From: Azolla caroliniana
Lineage: Eukaryota; Plantae; Polypodiophyta
Reading direction: 5' to 3'
Length of the DNA: 43,194 bases
Assembly (NCBI GenBank): GCA_043228905.1
Contig: JBHGNT010000265.1
Coordinates: 1-43,194, forward strand
Position numbers and translations under genes: made by a program. The notes below the pieces were generated by a model. The model worked only from the letters and a program-made list of their open reading frames with translations, ran no database searches and had not been told where the DNA came from. Below are positions 1-12,763 of the stretch, in pieces (positions within the stretch are counted from its first letter, which is position 1; each line of letters opens with the position of its first letter).

Positions 1-993
1 ACTTAATTCTTCACCACAAAGTATGATGTCCTCAGATAACTTTATGAACAACCATTTTTATAATAAGCATGTTGAGTTTTTATCCATCAATGACCTCAAA
101 CCAATCATTAAAAAACGGGTTTTGTCCCTCAAGATTAAACATTTAGGTATTATGAATCATTCAATTCTCGATGCAATCAAAATGATTTAACAAGAAACCT
201 CAACGACCATATTTCTAGGATTGAACACGAACTTTAGAAAGATGTCTCGGGGAACTATGTTATGGTTGGGACTTATGTGCATAATATAAAACTCCAGGAA
301 ATCTATGAACGGAGATATGTGTTGTTCTTTTCATATTAATGTTGTGGATACTAGCATCAATGCTACTTCATTTATATATATATATATATATATGTAGACA
401 AACACACACAAATTATGTGTTGCTTTAGTCCTAAAGATACTCGATGAGGAAACTTTCTAGTGTATTCTAGGTATTTTTTTTCTTGATAGTGCTCTATTAT
501 AAATTGATTTATCCTAGCCATCTTTAACCTCAGACAATATAAGATAAAAGGCAAGCTCTTAACTCTACCACCTTTATTCTTGTAATGGTATTTCCTTGAA
601 GTCATTAAGTTGCATAACGAATTAGTCTGTTAGCATCAACTAGCGAGTTATTTGACAACATGCAATACTCATTCTCATTTTCTTCTATTCATAAACAAAT
701 GTGCTTATATAGTTTCATGATGTATCCCATTGTTTCTATAAACATTCAATCTTAAAAGGCACAAGTGGTCGTATATCATTTGTTCCATGGAATCTTGTTT
801 TGTCGACATAGTTCAAAGGGCGTGTCTAAAAGCCACCTCTAGTTTTAAACAATTTCTCACATTGATGTCAAGATGGCTTAGATACTACAGAAAGAAGTGT
901 TAGGAAATCTAAATATTGCATCCTATGATGTAGCGACATCTAACATACAGTATATTGATGTTTGTGTCGTGGTAGTCTACACTCTCAACACAA

Positions 994-1128
994 GTAGCCA
1001 TCAATAAGATATTTTGTGCTTAGTTAACTTGCCAAATACATTGTAGCCTTCAATAAGATATTTTGTACTTAATTAACTCACCAAATATAGTGTAGCCTTC
1101 AATAAGAGATTTTGTGCTTAATCAACTT
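994..1128. repeat. 49-bp tandem repeat, ~2.7 copies
   Basis: GTAGCC(A/T)TCAATAAGA.ATTTTGT.CTTA recurs at 994, 1043 and 1092. Confidence 0.85.
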
Positions 1129-2364
1129 AGCTATATGTGTTATCGTGGACATTTCCCCGTTAACATCATTTATGCATTTATTTAGGTCATTTGGAAGACA
1201 ATTCATGGTTGTAGAATCATATTAGACTCTCATTCACAAAGTATTCTTACAAGCATCTCCCTACTAGAACTAAAAATATAACAAAAATCGTAAATGAAAT
1301 ATTTAAACTCCTATCGTTTGGCCAAAGTGATAATTTAATAGTTTGAACTTGAGTGGGGTATCATATTTGTAGCTCTAAAAGTACAAAGTAGAATTGATAT
1401 TGCTCCTTTTGCATGGTGTATTTTTTATATTACCTCTAATTTCATATTTATCAATGTGTTCTCCAATTTGAAAGATTACACTTGATGTGCAACTTAGCAA
1501 AAGATTACAAGTGTTTAGTAATCTACCACAATAGGTGATCGTATAAAATATCACTTTACCTAGCATGACATAGTTCACCAATACAAGCATTGCTTGACAT
1601 TCATTATTGTCCTCAAACTTGTTTTGGTAAAAGCTTGCATTGATATAATTGTAAACGTTTATACATTTGTGATATTGCTCATTATACTATATTAATCAAT
1701 GTTGGAATCAAATGGGTTTATGAGTTATGGTGAACATATTAGACTAAATGAGATCACTAACTTATGACTAGTAACAACAAAAGAGAAAAGTTCAAAGAAA
1801 AGAAGTGTGCACTGCATTTGATGGAACTTATCCCCACCTAGTGTACACCAAAAATCCCTCAAATAGGAATATGATGATTTAGATTCAAGATAGCAAGAGG
1901 CTCAAAATAGATTAGTCTCTCTATAAATATGTGCATCCAATAATGCAATAGCACAAGAAAAAATAGGTTTTTATATTACCTTAGACAACACAATAATCTA
2001 GAATATATTGCTAGGTGTGTGTGAAATACTCACTACCCTAAATGCAGGTGATGTTCAGTCAATATCATACCCAATAATGTTGCCAACAATTACTTTGTCA
2101 ATAAACACAACAATTACTGACGTTTGTGGGTCGTGCAGAACACCATTGTCGACCACATCCATGTAAGAAGGATCTACTCTAACTTGTTCATTGCCTATTT
2201 ATGGTTGAAATGGATTAGTTCAATGAGTTCAAGATGAATAAGCATTGTAATTGTGATGAAACTATGAATAACATATAGATTCAATAGTGTGCCGATTTAT
2301 GTTGGCATTTTATCACTTAATACCTATATTACAACAGGTATTAAGTCACTTAATACCTATATTA

Positions 2365-2480
2365 TCTTGAACTTGATCGGAGGGAGATTCCCCGATCTAT
2401 GTTTAAGCCTCCTTGTATAGTCTCTTTGTAATAATCCTTCCTAACTAATGGGAAAATAGCTTCATTTTGGAAAAAAAAAA
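2365..2480 (+). mobile_element. short poly(A)-tailed retro-insertion (5'-truncated LINE/SINE end)
   Basis: ~115 bp ending in A10, with CCTATATTACAACA duplicated at 2323-2336 and 2481-2494. Confidence 0.6.
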
Positions 2481-3879
2481 CCTATATTACAACAAATGTA
2501 TGAAACAAAACCTTTTCATTTCCAATAGAGTAGTATCATGTGGCTAACGTTTTACACAATATTATAAGGGTGATGGACTATGGTCCAAAATTTATGCCGA
2601 AATCCCAACATAGATATAGACTCTCACACATAAAGTTAATGTAGAACACACCAAAAACTTCCCCCGCCTTAATGTCTAATTATGGCAATATTCATTAATT
2701 GTTAGGATTTTATTTTATTTTCTGAAATGCGGGGGTCTTTGTCAATTCCCTCGCACGATATCACCACCACATTGTTAATATATGTATGGAATTCTTAACG
2801 TTATTGAAATTTCTAAAACTCTTCATAAATTTGCTTTTCGCACCAAAGGAATCAATCACATCATACATGTACACTTTTCCAGAGGAGGAAAAAGAGCATA
2901 AATAAAATACTAAACAATTTGTTTATTAGCCAACAAAAAAGTGTACCATCGACATGTCACTCAGGGAGCAATAAGAATTGATTAAAATGTTTACATAAAA
3001 ATATTTAAATATGGAACTTCACAGTTGGTAGTTGATTGAAAGAATACTTTACGAGGCACTTTTGACACGTCCCTTTAAATATCATAAATCGAAATTTGCG
3101 GAGTTTTCTTTGCGATGAATCAAGTGGATTCTTGGATCATACATTCCACATGCAGATGTTGCAAATGAGTACAATAATATATTTCTGTATGAAATTTAGT
3201 CGACGATATTGATTGTCTTAACAAATACACGAGATCCTTTAAACTTTTAAGCTAGTTTTACACCTATCCCAAAAGTGGGATAAAGAAGAGTATGGAAGGT
3301 CGAAGACTGTCTTCCAACATCTTGTAATATTTAATAAGGTATGAGGAAGCATGTCAAAGTTTGTTTGGGATTTGAACTTTTCTTATATTTTTAATTGTTT
3401 CTACTAACCTATCGATGATTGCATTGAAGAAGCATTGAATAGAATGATTTGAGTTTTAAATTATTACCTTTTGTTGAGATTTTCACATATAACACTTGGC
3501 TATAGTTCACTCTATATTGGCGTTATATCTAGATGTATAGAGAGAAACATATATGGTTGAATTCATGACATCCCAACAATGGAACTATTAGCATGAAAGC
3601 CAACATATAAGTATCTCTTATCATAATAGAAATTAGCATGTGACTTTTGGTGAAGGACCATAGAAACACACTTACATCAACTGTGTGTTCATTAATTATC
3701 AATCCAAATAGATACCAACGATGTGGAGAATTTGGACTTTCATGTCATGACTCTCAGATCCATTGATGTAATACTTAGTTATCCAATATTTTTAATAAGA
3801 AATCCTGATCTCCAAATATATTAATATATCAAGTGACGAGGAGTAATTAACATATTATGAACAATAATTGTTTGATTTA

Positions 3880-4836
3880 GTCTTAAAAGAGTTTTAAGAT
3901 GTCTTCCCTAAGGAACTATTGAAAGGATTACCTCCTAAATGTAATAGTGACCATCATATCGATCTCTTACTAGGTACTCCATCCATTAGTATTTGTCTAT
4001 ATCACCTTAGTTGAACTAAAGAAGATGGGACCACTTCAGAACTTAAGGAATACTTAAGGATAGGTTATATATGTTATATCGAATCACCTTGGGGTGTCCT
4101 CTTGGTCACAAAAAAGATGGAACTTGAAGACTATATATCAACTATCGCCGATTGAATAAAGTCACCATTAGGAAAAGTTATCCCTTGCCTCAAGTCAATG
4201 ATTTTATAGATTGTCTGCAAGGAGGCTAAATACTTTTCTAAGATTGATTTGAGAATTGGTTATCACCATATTTGCATTGTTCTAAATGATATTCCAAAAA
4301 TAACATTTTGTATGCATTATGGCTATCACATGTTTTCAATCATGCATTTTGGTTTAACTAATACTCAGGTCACATTCCAACAATAAATTAATGGTATGTT
4401 TTGAGACCAACTCAAACAATTTATCATTGTATTCTTGGATGATATTCTTATTTATAACAATACCTAAGATGGACATGGAAACATGTTAGTTTTGTCCATT
4501 AAACATCAAGTGACGACAATTTTTTGCCAAGATATCGAAATATGAGTTTTTCAAGAAGTCTACCTTGGACATTTGATCATTGAATGAGGTGTGCAAATTG
4601 ATCCTCCTAAAGAGCAAGTTAAACTCTAGATTACTCATGCTATTTTGAGAGCTACATTCATTTTTGGGTTTTGTAGGTTTTTTGCAAGAATCTATTCGCA
4701 ATTACTCTCAATTGACGATGTTGTTTTTTGAACCTTTTAAAAATGCCAAATGCACAAGCCTACCAAACCAATCCTTTGGAATGATAATCTAGATTAGTGA
4801 TTTAGAACACTAAAAAAACATGTGTGTCAAGTTTAT
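3880..4836 (+). pseudogene. degenerate Ty3/gypsy reverse transcriptase
   Basis: Manual translation gives VFPKELLKGLPP..DHHIDL, INYRRLNKVTIRKSYPLP, KYFSKIDLRIGYHHI, MHFGLTN, FIIVFLDDILIY, with stops and frameshifts. Confidence 0.85.
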
Positions 4837-5112
4837 TGTTGAGAATCAAACTCAACTTCCCTAGTGTGGGAATACACCTTAGGAGCATCCAAGTGTGTGA
4901 ACACCCCACCACCTTATATCATAACTAATGTGCCATAGTAGGTAGTTAAGTCTCCACCTCTTTCCCAAGAGGTAGTTATAGTAAGAGAATATAGATAGAA
5001 GGTGACTACACAAGCGCCTTCTCCTATTTGTAGTAGTGTTGGTCATTCTTGTTGATATACAATTTTCTAGTTTTTTGCATACCGTTGTTTTTTCTTTCTC
5101 TTTCTCTCTCAA

Positions 5113-5158
<46 letters not shown>

Positions 5159-5205
5159 CTTCCGCTGCACAGAATCACACTCGTTTCTTTACATGGTATC
5201 AAAGC
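4837..5205 (+). mobile_element. LTR followed by tRNA-iMet PBS (5' end of a truncated LTR element)
   Basis: Starts TGTTGAG..CTCAAC like the LTR at 22539, contains (CA)n, ends ..TTTACA, then TGGTATCAAAGC at 5194-5205. Confidence 0.6.
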
Positions 5206-5215
5206 TATTTTGTAG

Positions 5216-5370
5216 CTTGATCTAATCCCATCCGCATGTGATGTGTCTACACTGACGTTCACAAAGAACCAACCGATCGCTTGATGAGGATCACTTGATC
5301 TAAGCCCATCCACACGTGCTATGTCTACACTGACATCCACAAAGACTTGACCAATTGCTTGATGAGGATC
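5216..5370. repeat. 78-bp tandem duplication in retroelement leader
   Basis: CTTGATCTAA.CCCATCC...TGTCTACACTGAC...GCTTGATGAGGATC at 5216 and 5294. Confidence 0.8.
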
Positions 5371-5394
5371 GATCGGCCACAGTCAGTTATCACG

Positions 5395-6023
5395 TGTGCA
5401 AATGAGGGAGTGCAGAGTTCGAGAAGACAAAAATAATAGAAGATGGAAAACCAAAGTACAAAGACACAAGTATTTTTAACGTGGAAACCCTCATAGGGAA
5501 AAACCACCGGAGTCCACAAAATCCATTGAGGAATCACTATAGTAGGAGGAATACAACAAGAAACTCCAAGGCAACAACCTTGAGTTCTTCTTCGTCCATA
5601 GATGACTACAAGAGTTACAACACACACACACACACACAGACACACACACACTCTCTCTCCTACACACTAGTTAAGCTATCTGATGCACTAGTTATAATGA
5701 GTGCCTCTCTTCTTCTTCATAATAATAATGATTTGCCCTAGATGTATTTATACTAATAAATACTATGGGCTATTTACAAATATGGCATATCGTAGGCGTA
5801 CCTAAACATATTTACAAGTATGTCCACTTGCGGATACCTGTCTGGATCCAATTGGATGCCTTCCGGCTGGTCCATATCCGTATCCGATCTCTTGTCCAGA
5901 TCCTCATCCAACTCTCTTCTTCGGACCCATTCGATCTGGTTCTCACTCTTCCATCTGGTTCTTGCTCCTTGGACTCTAATCCGAATCGTGCTCTTCCCAT
6001 CCGGAGGGACCTATTTCCTAACA
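5395..6023 (-). repeat. 3' LTR of copia element 1
   Basis: Minus strand reads PPT GAAAGGGGAG then TGTTAGG. The left boundary is approximate. Confidence 0.65.
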
Positions 6024-6039
6024 AACTCCCCTTTCACTC

Positions 6040-9000
6040 CGGCATGGGGTGCTTCGTCAATTTGACCTTTTGCCGTCACGCATTCAACTTCTCTATCGAT
6101 AACACCTTTGTCAGCATATCCAACCCGTTTTCCTCCATGTGGATCTTCACTAGAGCAAAATCCTTTTCTTCTACCCTCTCCCTAAGCCAATGGTATCTCC
6201 TTTGGATATGCTTAGTCCTAGAGTGGTAGGCGGCATTCCTAGCAAGGTGGATGGCACTTTGATTGTCTTCAGTGGAGTTGGAATTCCTCTTCTCGAATCC
6301 CTAACTCACCAATGAAATCCTTCATCCAAATTATCTCCTTGCCGGCTTCAACAATGGCCATATACTTTACTTCTTTGGCCGAGAACACCACAACCTTCTG
6401 CAACCTCGATTGCAATGAGACTGAACTCCCCTTGCATATGTCATTACGTACCCGGATGTGGACTGGCTGGTATCTACATCACCCGACATGTCTGAGTCAG
6501 TAAAAACTTATAATATGGGGTTACCTATACTGAATTAGAGGCACACGCTTGAGGTGCCTCTCAGGTACTAGAGTATCCACTTCACTGCTGTCCAATGCTC
6601 TCTTCCGGGATTGCTCATATACCAATTGACGACAATGACATCATATCCGATGTTCGTCTTGGTGTAGACCATCACGTACATCACACTTTTAATTGTTGAG
6701 GCACAGGGAACCTTGCTCATCTCAACCTTGTCCATTTTCGTCTTCGGGCATTGTCTCTCGGATAATTTACTGTTAGTCGGTAGTGTCGAGCTGACAGGCT
6801 TTGCGCTTTCCATGCTTAACCTCTGGAGCACCTTTGTCACGTACTTCTCTCGTGACAGCCATAATAACCTCTTTGTCTAGTCCCGAACTATGTACATCCC
6901 TAGGATTTGCCTTGTCAGACTCATATCCTTCATTGAGAAAGACCTACTCAAGGTTTTCTTCAGCATTCCAATCTTGATGTGGTCCCTTTTGACAATCAAC
7001 ATGTCATCCACGTACAGTAGGAGGACAAGGAAGTCTCCTCCGTCAAACTTCTTCACAAACACGCAATGGTCGGCTTGCGTCTTGTGGTACCCTTGGTCAG
7101 TCATGAAGGATTCAAACTTCCGCTACCATTATCGGGGAGCCTACTAGCAATGGGCATGGTTTCGGCCCAAACCATGGTTTAACAATTTATTGGTTCCAAA
7201 AAAAATTAATGGTTTGGTTTGGATTTTTGATAAACAGTTTGGTTCTAAAACTCAGGTTTATAGGTTTTTGGTTAACTTATTTTTTACCTTAATAGTTTAT
7301 TAATTTAATGGTTTAATTAATGGTTTTTTATTAATTCAATTAACGGGTTTTTATTAATTCAATTAATTTAACTTAAATGTTTATTTAATTTAATGGTTCA
7401 ATTAAAGTTTCTTTTATTGATTTAATAAATTTAACTTAAATGATTATTTAATTTAATATATTTTTGTTTATTTAAATATTTATTTAGTTTGATTTAAATG
7501 GTTAGGTTTAAATTTTTGATTAAATGGTTCGGTTTGGTTTCAACTTTTCCCTAAATGGTTGGGTTTTAAATGGTTTGGTTTACTTTTTCTTAAAAGGTTT
7601 GGTTTAAATACTTGAGAGTTAATAAACGGTTTTGTTTGGTTTTTGTTTTATATAAATTGTTCGGTTTTGGTTCTGTTTCTTTTTCTTGAAACCGAACCGA
7701 ACCGTGCCCATTGCTAGAGCTTGCTTCAGTCCATAAAGACTCTTCCTCAACCAACATACAAGGTTGTCATTCCCTTTTTTGACGAACCCTTCCGGTTGCT
7801 ACATGTATATCTCCTCTTCAAGATTTCTATGCAGAAAGGCCGTCTTGACATCCATTTGCTTGACCTCAAGGTCCATGCTGGCCGTTATGCTCGACACTGT
7901 TTGGATGGATGTCATCTTCACCACCGGGGCAAAAATTTCATCGAAATCCACTCCCTTCTTCCGTTGGAAGCCTTTCACCACAATGCGGGGTTTATACCTT
8001 AGTGGATTTCTGCCATCTCCCGGTTTTAGTTTATACACCCACTTATTCGAAGTGCCCTCTTTCCTTTTGACAACTCCGTCAGCTCATATGTGTGGTTCTC
8101 ATGTAGGGAATCCATTTCGTCCTGCATGACACTTAGCCACTCTCTGTTGTGGATGTCCCTCCTTGCTTCCTCGAAGCTCTCTGGCTCCCCCTCGTCGGTT
8201 AGTAGCACGCACTCTTTGTCCAGATATCTTTGGGGGGCCCTTCTATTTCTCAGAGGGTACCTTCTTCCTTTGTTCAGTTGGCTCGCTAGGTCCTTCCTCT
8301 TCTCCTTCGGTAGGTTCTTCATTTGAGTTGCAGTAGACTACTTCTTCCTCTTCGGATTTGACTAGATACCTTTCGGCCAATCCGGCTTTGTGTCTGGATC
8401 CGGCTCCCAGCTGGTCTTCGACCGATCTGACTCCCTGTCCAGATCTGGTCGGCTCACCATGTTCTTTAGTTGGCATTCGACTTCCAGCTGGTTGGGAGGA
8501 TGTATTCAACTTCTCCTTCTCCCAATCGACAATAGTCTTCTCCTCCATGAAGACTATGTCGAACTTTCTTCTTGGCTAAGTCCCATAGCTGGTAGCCGAA
8601 CTTTTCGTCGTCGTATCCTAGGAATATGCATGGCCGAGTCTTTGGGTCCAATTTGCCCCTTTGGTCCTTTGCTACTTGCACATAGGCAAGAGAGCCGAAC
8701 ACACTAAAATGTCGGTATGAGATGTCTTTGCCTGTCCACACCATTTGTGGGATATCTCCATCCAAGGGTATTGAGGGTGACTTATTTAACACGTAGACCA
8801 CCGTCATTAGCACCTCAACCTAAAACGTCTTGGATAGTTTTGCATGTACAAGCATGCTCCGGACTCTCTCCATGACGGTTCGGTTCATTCTTTTAGCCAA
8901 CTCGTTTAGTTCTGGCATTTTCGGTATGGTGTATTTGAGCCGGATTCCCTTCGACCAACAATACTCTTCGAATTGCCCTCGGTATTCTTCTCCATTATCC

Positions 9001-10015
9001 ACTTGAACCACTTTCAACTTCCGGTCGGTCTCTCTTTTTGCCCTCGCCTAGAAATCCTTGAAGACGAACAACACTTGATCTTTCGTCTTCAGTATGGAAG
9101 CCCAGAACTTCCGGATGTAGTCATCAATTAATGTCACAAAGTATTCTGAGCTAGCATGTGACTTAGCATCCACATATCATACGTCTGTATGCATGAGTTG
9201 CAATGGTGCCTTCTTTCTCATCGGGGGTCTTGATCGGAAGGAGGTTCTGTTTTGCTTGCCGGCCAAGCAATCAGTGCACTTATCAAGTTGCACATTCTTC
9301 ACATCCGGAATGAGGTTATCCTTCTCACTCATGTGGCATAGCTTCTTGTGGTGCCACAACCCACTGACTGTGTCTGGTGCCCCACGTTTACATCCTCCCA
9401 GCATAGTCGAGCATGCATAAGATATAACGTGTTTGTCCTCCATGTGGGGACCATGATCAGGTTTTCCTTGCAAAACTTTCGAGTGCCGTTCCAAAAGCTA
9501 CCCATGTAGGTTTCATCATCTAGCTAACCATCTGATATCAAATTCAATATGACCTTTGGAACGTGTCGCATATCTTTCAACACCAATCTGCACCTAGTTG
9601 AAGTTAACAAGCACAGATCTCCAATACCGACGATTCAACATGCTCCTTCATTCCCCATCTTCATAAAACCATGATCTTCGGCCGGCTCTGTATGATGAGA
9701 AACATTTTTGGTCGGGGGTCAAGTGGAATGACGCTCGGGAGTCGACCACCCACGTCGTTTCATCACTAACAAGGTTTACCTCATTCTGCTCACTAATCCA
9801 CAACAACTCCTCTTCACTTGTCACGATTGTTGAGGTGCCTTTTTCGTCCAGAATCTTCTCCGACTCTGCAACATGAACTCCCCCTTTCTCTTTCCCGAAG
9901 TATCGGTAATTGTTTTGTAGGTGCCCCGACTTTCCATAATAGAAGCATGTGGGCCTTCCTCTTGACTTCGACCTTGTGCCGGACTTCTATTCCGACCTCT
10001 CCCCTGACTTCAACC
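6040..10015 (-). mobile_element. Ty1/copia element 1, degenerate gag-pol, 5'-truncated
   Basis: Fragments in copia order: zinc-knuckle remnant (~9900-9950), protease WVVDS (~9750), integrase (DNGEEY, KLDPKTRPCIFLGY), RT (KGFQRKKGVDFDEIFAPV, LLLYVDDML), RNase H (TKHI). Confidence 0.9.
7145..7716. mobile_element. hAT-type MITE inserted in copia RT
   Basis: TIRs TAGCAATGGGCATGGTT / AACCGTGCCCATTGCTA, imperfect 8-bp TSD GAGCCTAC / GAGCTTGC, AT-rich core with GGTTT/AACCG subterminal repeats. Confidence 0.9.
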
Positions 10016-10016
10016 A

Positions 10017-10193
<177 letters not shown>

Positions 10194-10597
10194 AATTGTT
10201 GAGAGGCAAAACTTCTACTAGTATCCTTCATGTCCCCTATGGTAGGGTTATATAGGTACAATACATGAGGGTCACAATCCAAGAACATACAATGGGGCTT
10301 GTAGGCTAGTTACATAACCTTGTACAACCTAGACCCACTTTACTATATTTAATGTACTCACACTTAGTCATGTGCACATTTGCACATACACTTACACATG
10401 ACTTTTAATACAAAGACTTTACACTTATCTTCCACCTACCAACACACTACACTCATACACTCTAATTGCATTTATGCATAAAAGAGCCTGCCATTTCCTA
10501 CATTGAAGCCAATCATCGATTCCTTGAGCACACAATAAGGAGCAAACATCGCTTTAGGAAATCTTCTGCACAATGAACTTTTCAAGATTTGGAGTTT

Positions 10598-10960
10598 GGT
10601 ATCCAGGTCAGAAATGCTTGTTGGGAGCTCTACTGCATGGAACATGGCATCCAACCTGATGGATAGATGCCCAACGACAAGACTGTCAGAGGAGGTGATG
10701 ATGCATTCAACACATTCTTCAGCAAAACAGGCACAGGGAAGCACGTGTCGAGAGCTGATTTCCTCGATTTGGAGCCCATTGTCATCAATGAAGTTCGAAC
10801 CGGTACATATAGACAACTTTTGCATCTGAAACAACTTATTAGTGGCAAAGAAGATGATGCTGCAAACAAGTTTGGTTGTGGGTATTACACCATGGGGAAG
10901 GAAATTGTGGATCTTTGCCTAGAAAACCACTGCACTAGTCTGCAAGGTCTCCTTGTTTTT
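10598..10960 (+). pseudogene. TUA: alpha-tubulin pseudogene fragment (about residues 13-138), intronless over this span
   Basis: [64 protein letters not shown], with an in-frame stop and a ~7-codon deletion. Confidence 0.92.
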
Positions 10961-11551
10961 GAAATGATTTCACTCAGACAGAAGTTACAAATAAACTTAC
11001 ACACACACAGAAATAAAATGAGTAGCACACGATTTACATGGAAAACCTTGATTTTAGGGAAAAACCATGGAACAGAAATTTCCACTATGAAGTAAGACAA
11101 AATACAATCACTGAATGATAGAACCTGATTTGGTCTGACTGTACTTTGAAACCATGATTTTAGCTGAGTGCACCAAACCCTAACTCGTAGGTATCTATCC
11201 CTTTTGAAGCTTCCAAAACTTCCCTGTATTTGTCACTCTTCCTTTCTGTTGCACTCTTCGTTCTTCCTCTCACACTTAGCTTTCAAGTTATGTCACTCTC
11301 ACAACCACTACTGTGATAGCTCGCTCTTCTCTTGCAATATATATTCTTATACAACTCATGCACTCGCTTTTTTCACTTAAGTATACTTTCACGCTTTTTC
11401 TCACTGTTTTTATTCTCACTGAGTTATCCCACATACTTTCATGGATCTGGTCTTGGTTCTCTCCTCTTAGAACATACATCTGTCTGTAGACTACGAAAAG
11501 AAGTCGACGCTAGGGTTTACTACTAATAATCCTTCTCCTCAAGTCTCAACA
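10960..11551 (-). repeat. probable solo LTR truncating the tubulin fragment
   Basis: TG...CTCAACA ends and a GGAAAACC..GGGAAAAAACCA motif resembling the copia-1 LTR. No TSD found. Confidence 0.45.
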
Positions 11552-11567
11552 TTAGTGGTCGAACCAT

Positions 11568-11672
11568 ACATATACTAATCTGAAGAGGCTTTTTTGTCAG
11601 GATTCATTTCATGCTTTCTTCATATACTAATCTGAAGAGTCTTTTTCTCAGGATTCATTTCATGCTTTCTTT
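11568..11672. repeat. ~52-bp tandem duplication
   Basis: CATATACTAATCTGAAGAG..CAGGATTCATTTCATGCTTTCTT occurs twice. Confidence 0.8.
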
Positions 11673-12115
11673 CGTATGCGCCTGTGATCTCAGCCGGGAA
11701 AGCGTATCACGAATAGCTATTGGTGACCGAACATCGGCGATTCGCCGAACAACGGCCAAGTGGAGCCTGGATAGCAGCAAGCGGTAGTTGGAAAATGGCA
11801 ATTGGCCGATGATAGCTGAACAATGGCTGAGTGGCAACGGTGATTGGCCGGACAACGGCCGCTTGGCGGCTGTCGGACAACCGACGATGAAAGTGACGAC
11901 CAACAGACAGTGACAAAGCAATTACAGACGGAGATGGAGACAGACAAGAAATAGAAAATAGGGAAACAACACAGAAGAAGAAGAAGAAATAGAGGAAAGA
12001 TGAAGAGATTAGGGCCAGTGAAAAAAAGTATCTAGAAAGAAAACAAGGGAGAGATTGGGGAGAAGAAAAGAGTAATAGAGAGGTTATGAAGGAGAAAGAT
12101 GTGAGAAAAATAGAT

Positions 12116-12500
12116 GATGAAGATGGAGATAGATGCAGATGCAAGTACAGATCGAGATGAAGAATGAAAAAAAGGAAGAAAAAAAAAGGAAGTAGAAGAA
12201 AAGAGAAATTAAAAAGAGAGGGCATTGGGGGCAAATTTTCAATAAGTCCGAAGGTAGGCAATCAAATTTCCAAAGATCGAGGGTAACCGAGAGAATATAA
12301 AAAACATGAGGGCAATTTATGGAATTTTTAAAACAGAAGAGCATCTACATAATTTCAAAAACTCAAGGGCAACTATTGAATTTCAAAAACAGAAGGGCAT
12401 TAAGAAGAATTTCAAAAACATTAGGGCAGATACTAAAATTTTAAAAAAAGCGAAGGACAACCACAAAATTTTGTAAACTCACAACTCACATTGAAATAAC
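12116..12500 (+). repeat. left copy of ~385-bp direct repeat flanking copia element 2
   Basis: Aligns to 18118-18500 with scattered substitutions. Confidence 0.9.
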
Positions 12501-12505
12501 GAAAA

Positions 12506-12564
<59 letters not shown>

Positions 12565-12763
12565 GGGAAACCGAAAACGTATTGTATTTTTACAATGCCC
12601 TAATAGCTACAATGTTGGTGGTGTCTTTATAAGACCACCACCAATACAGTTACAGTTTCCTTCTCATGAAGGAAACTGTATTCATAAGAACTATTAACTA
12701 TTAATATTTATTAATTTATTAATTTTTGCTTAATATTTTCCACTCCCCCCTAAGCGAAAATTT

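Noticed and set aside
1-3800. Possible heavily decayed copia gag/integrase remnants on the minus strand (e.g. NGIHHETIS near 700-740)
   Set aside because: Too degenerate to delimit without a profile search
10197-10444. TGTTG...CAACA segment as a solo LTR
   Set aside because: No TSD and no second copy in the window to support it
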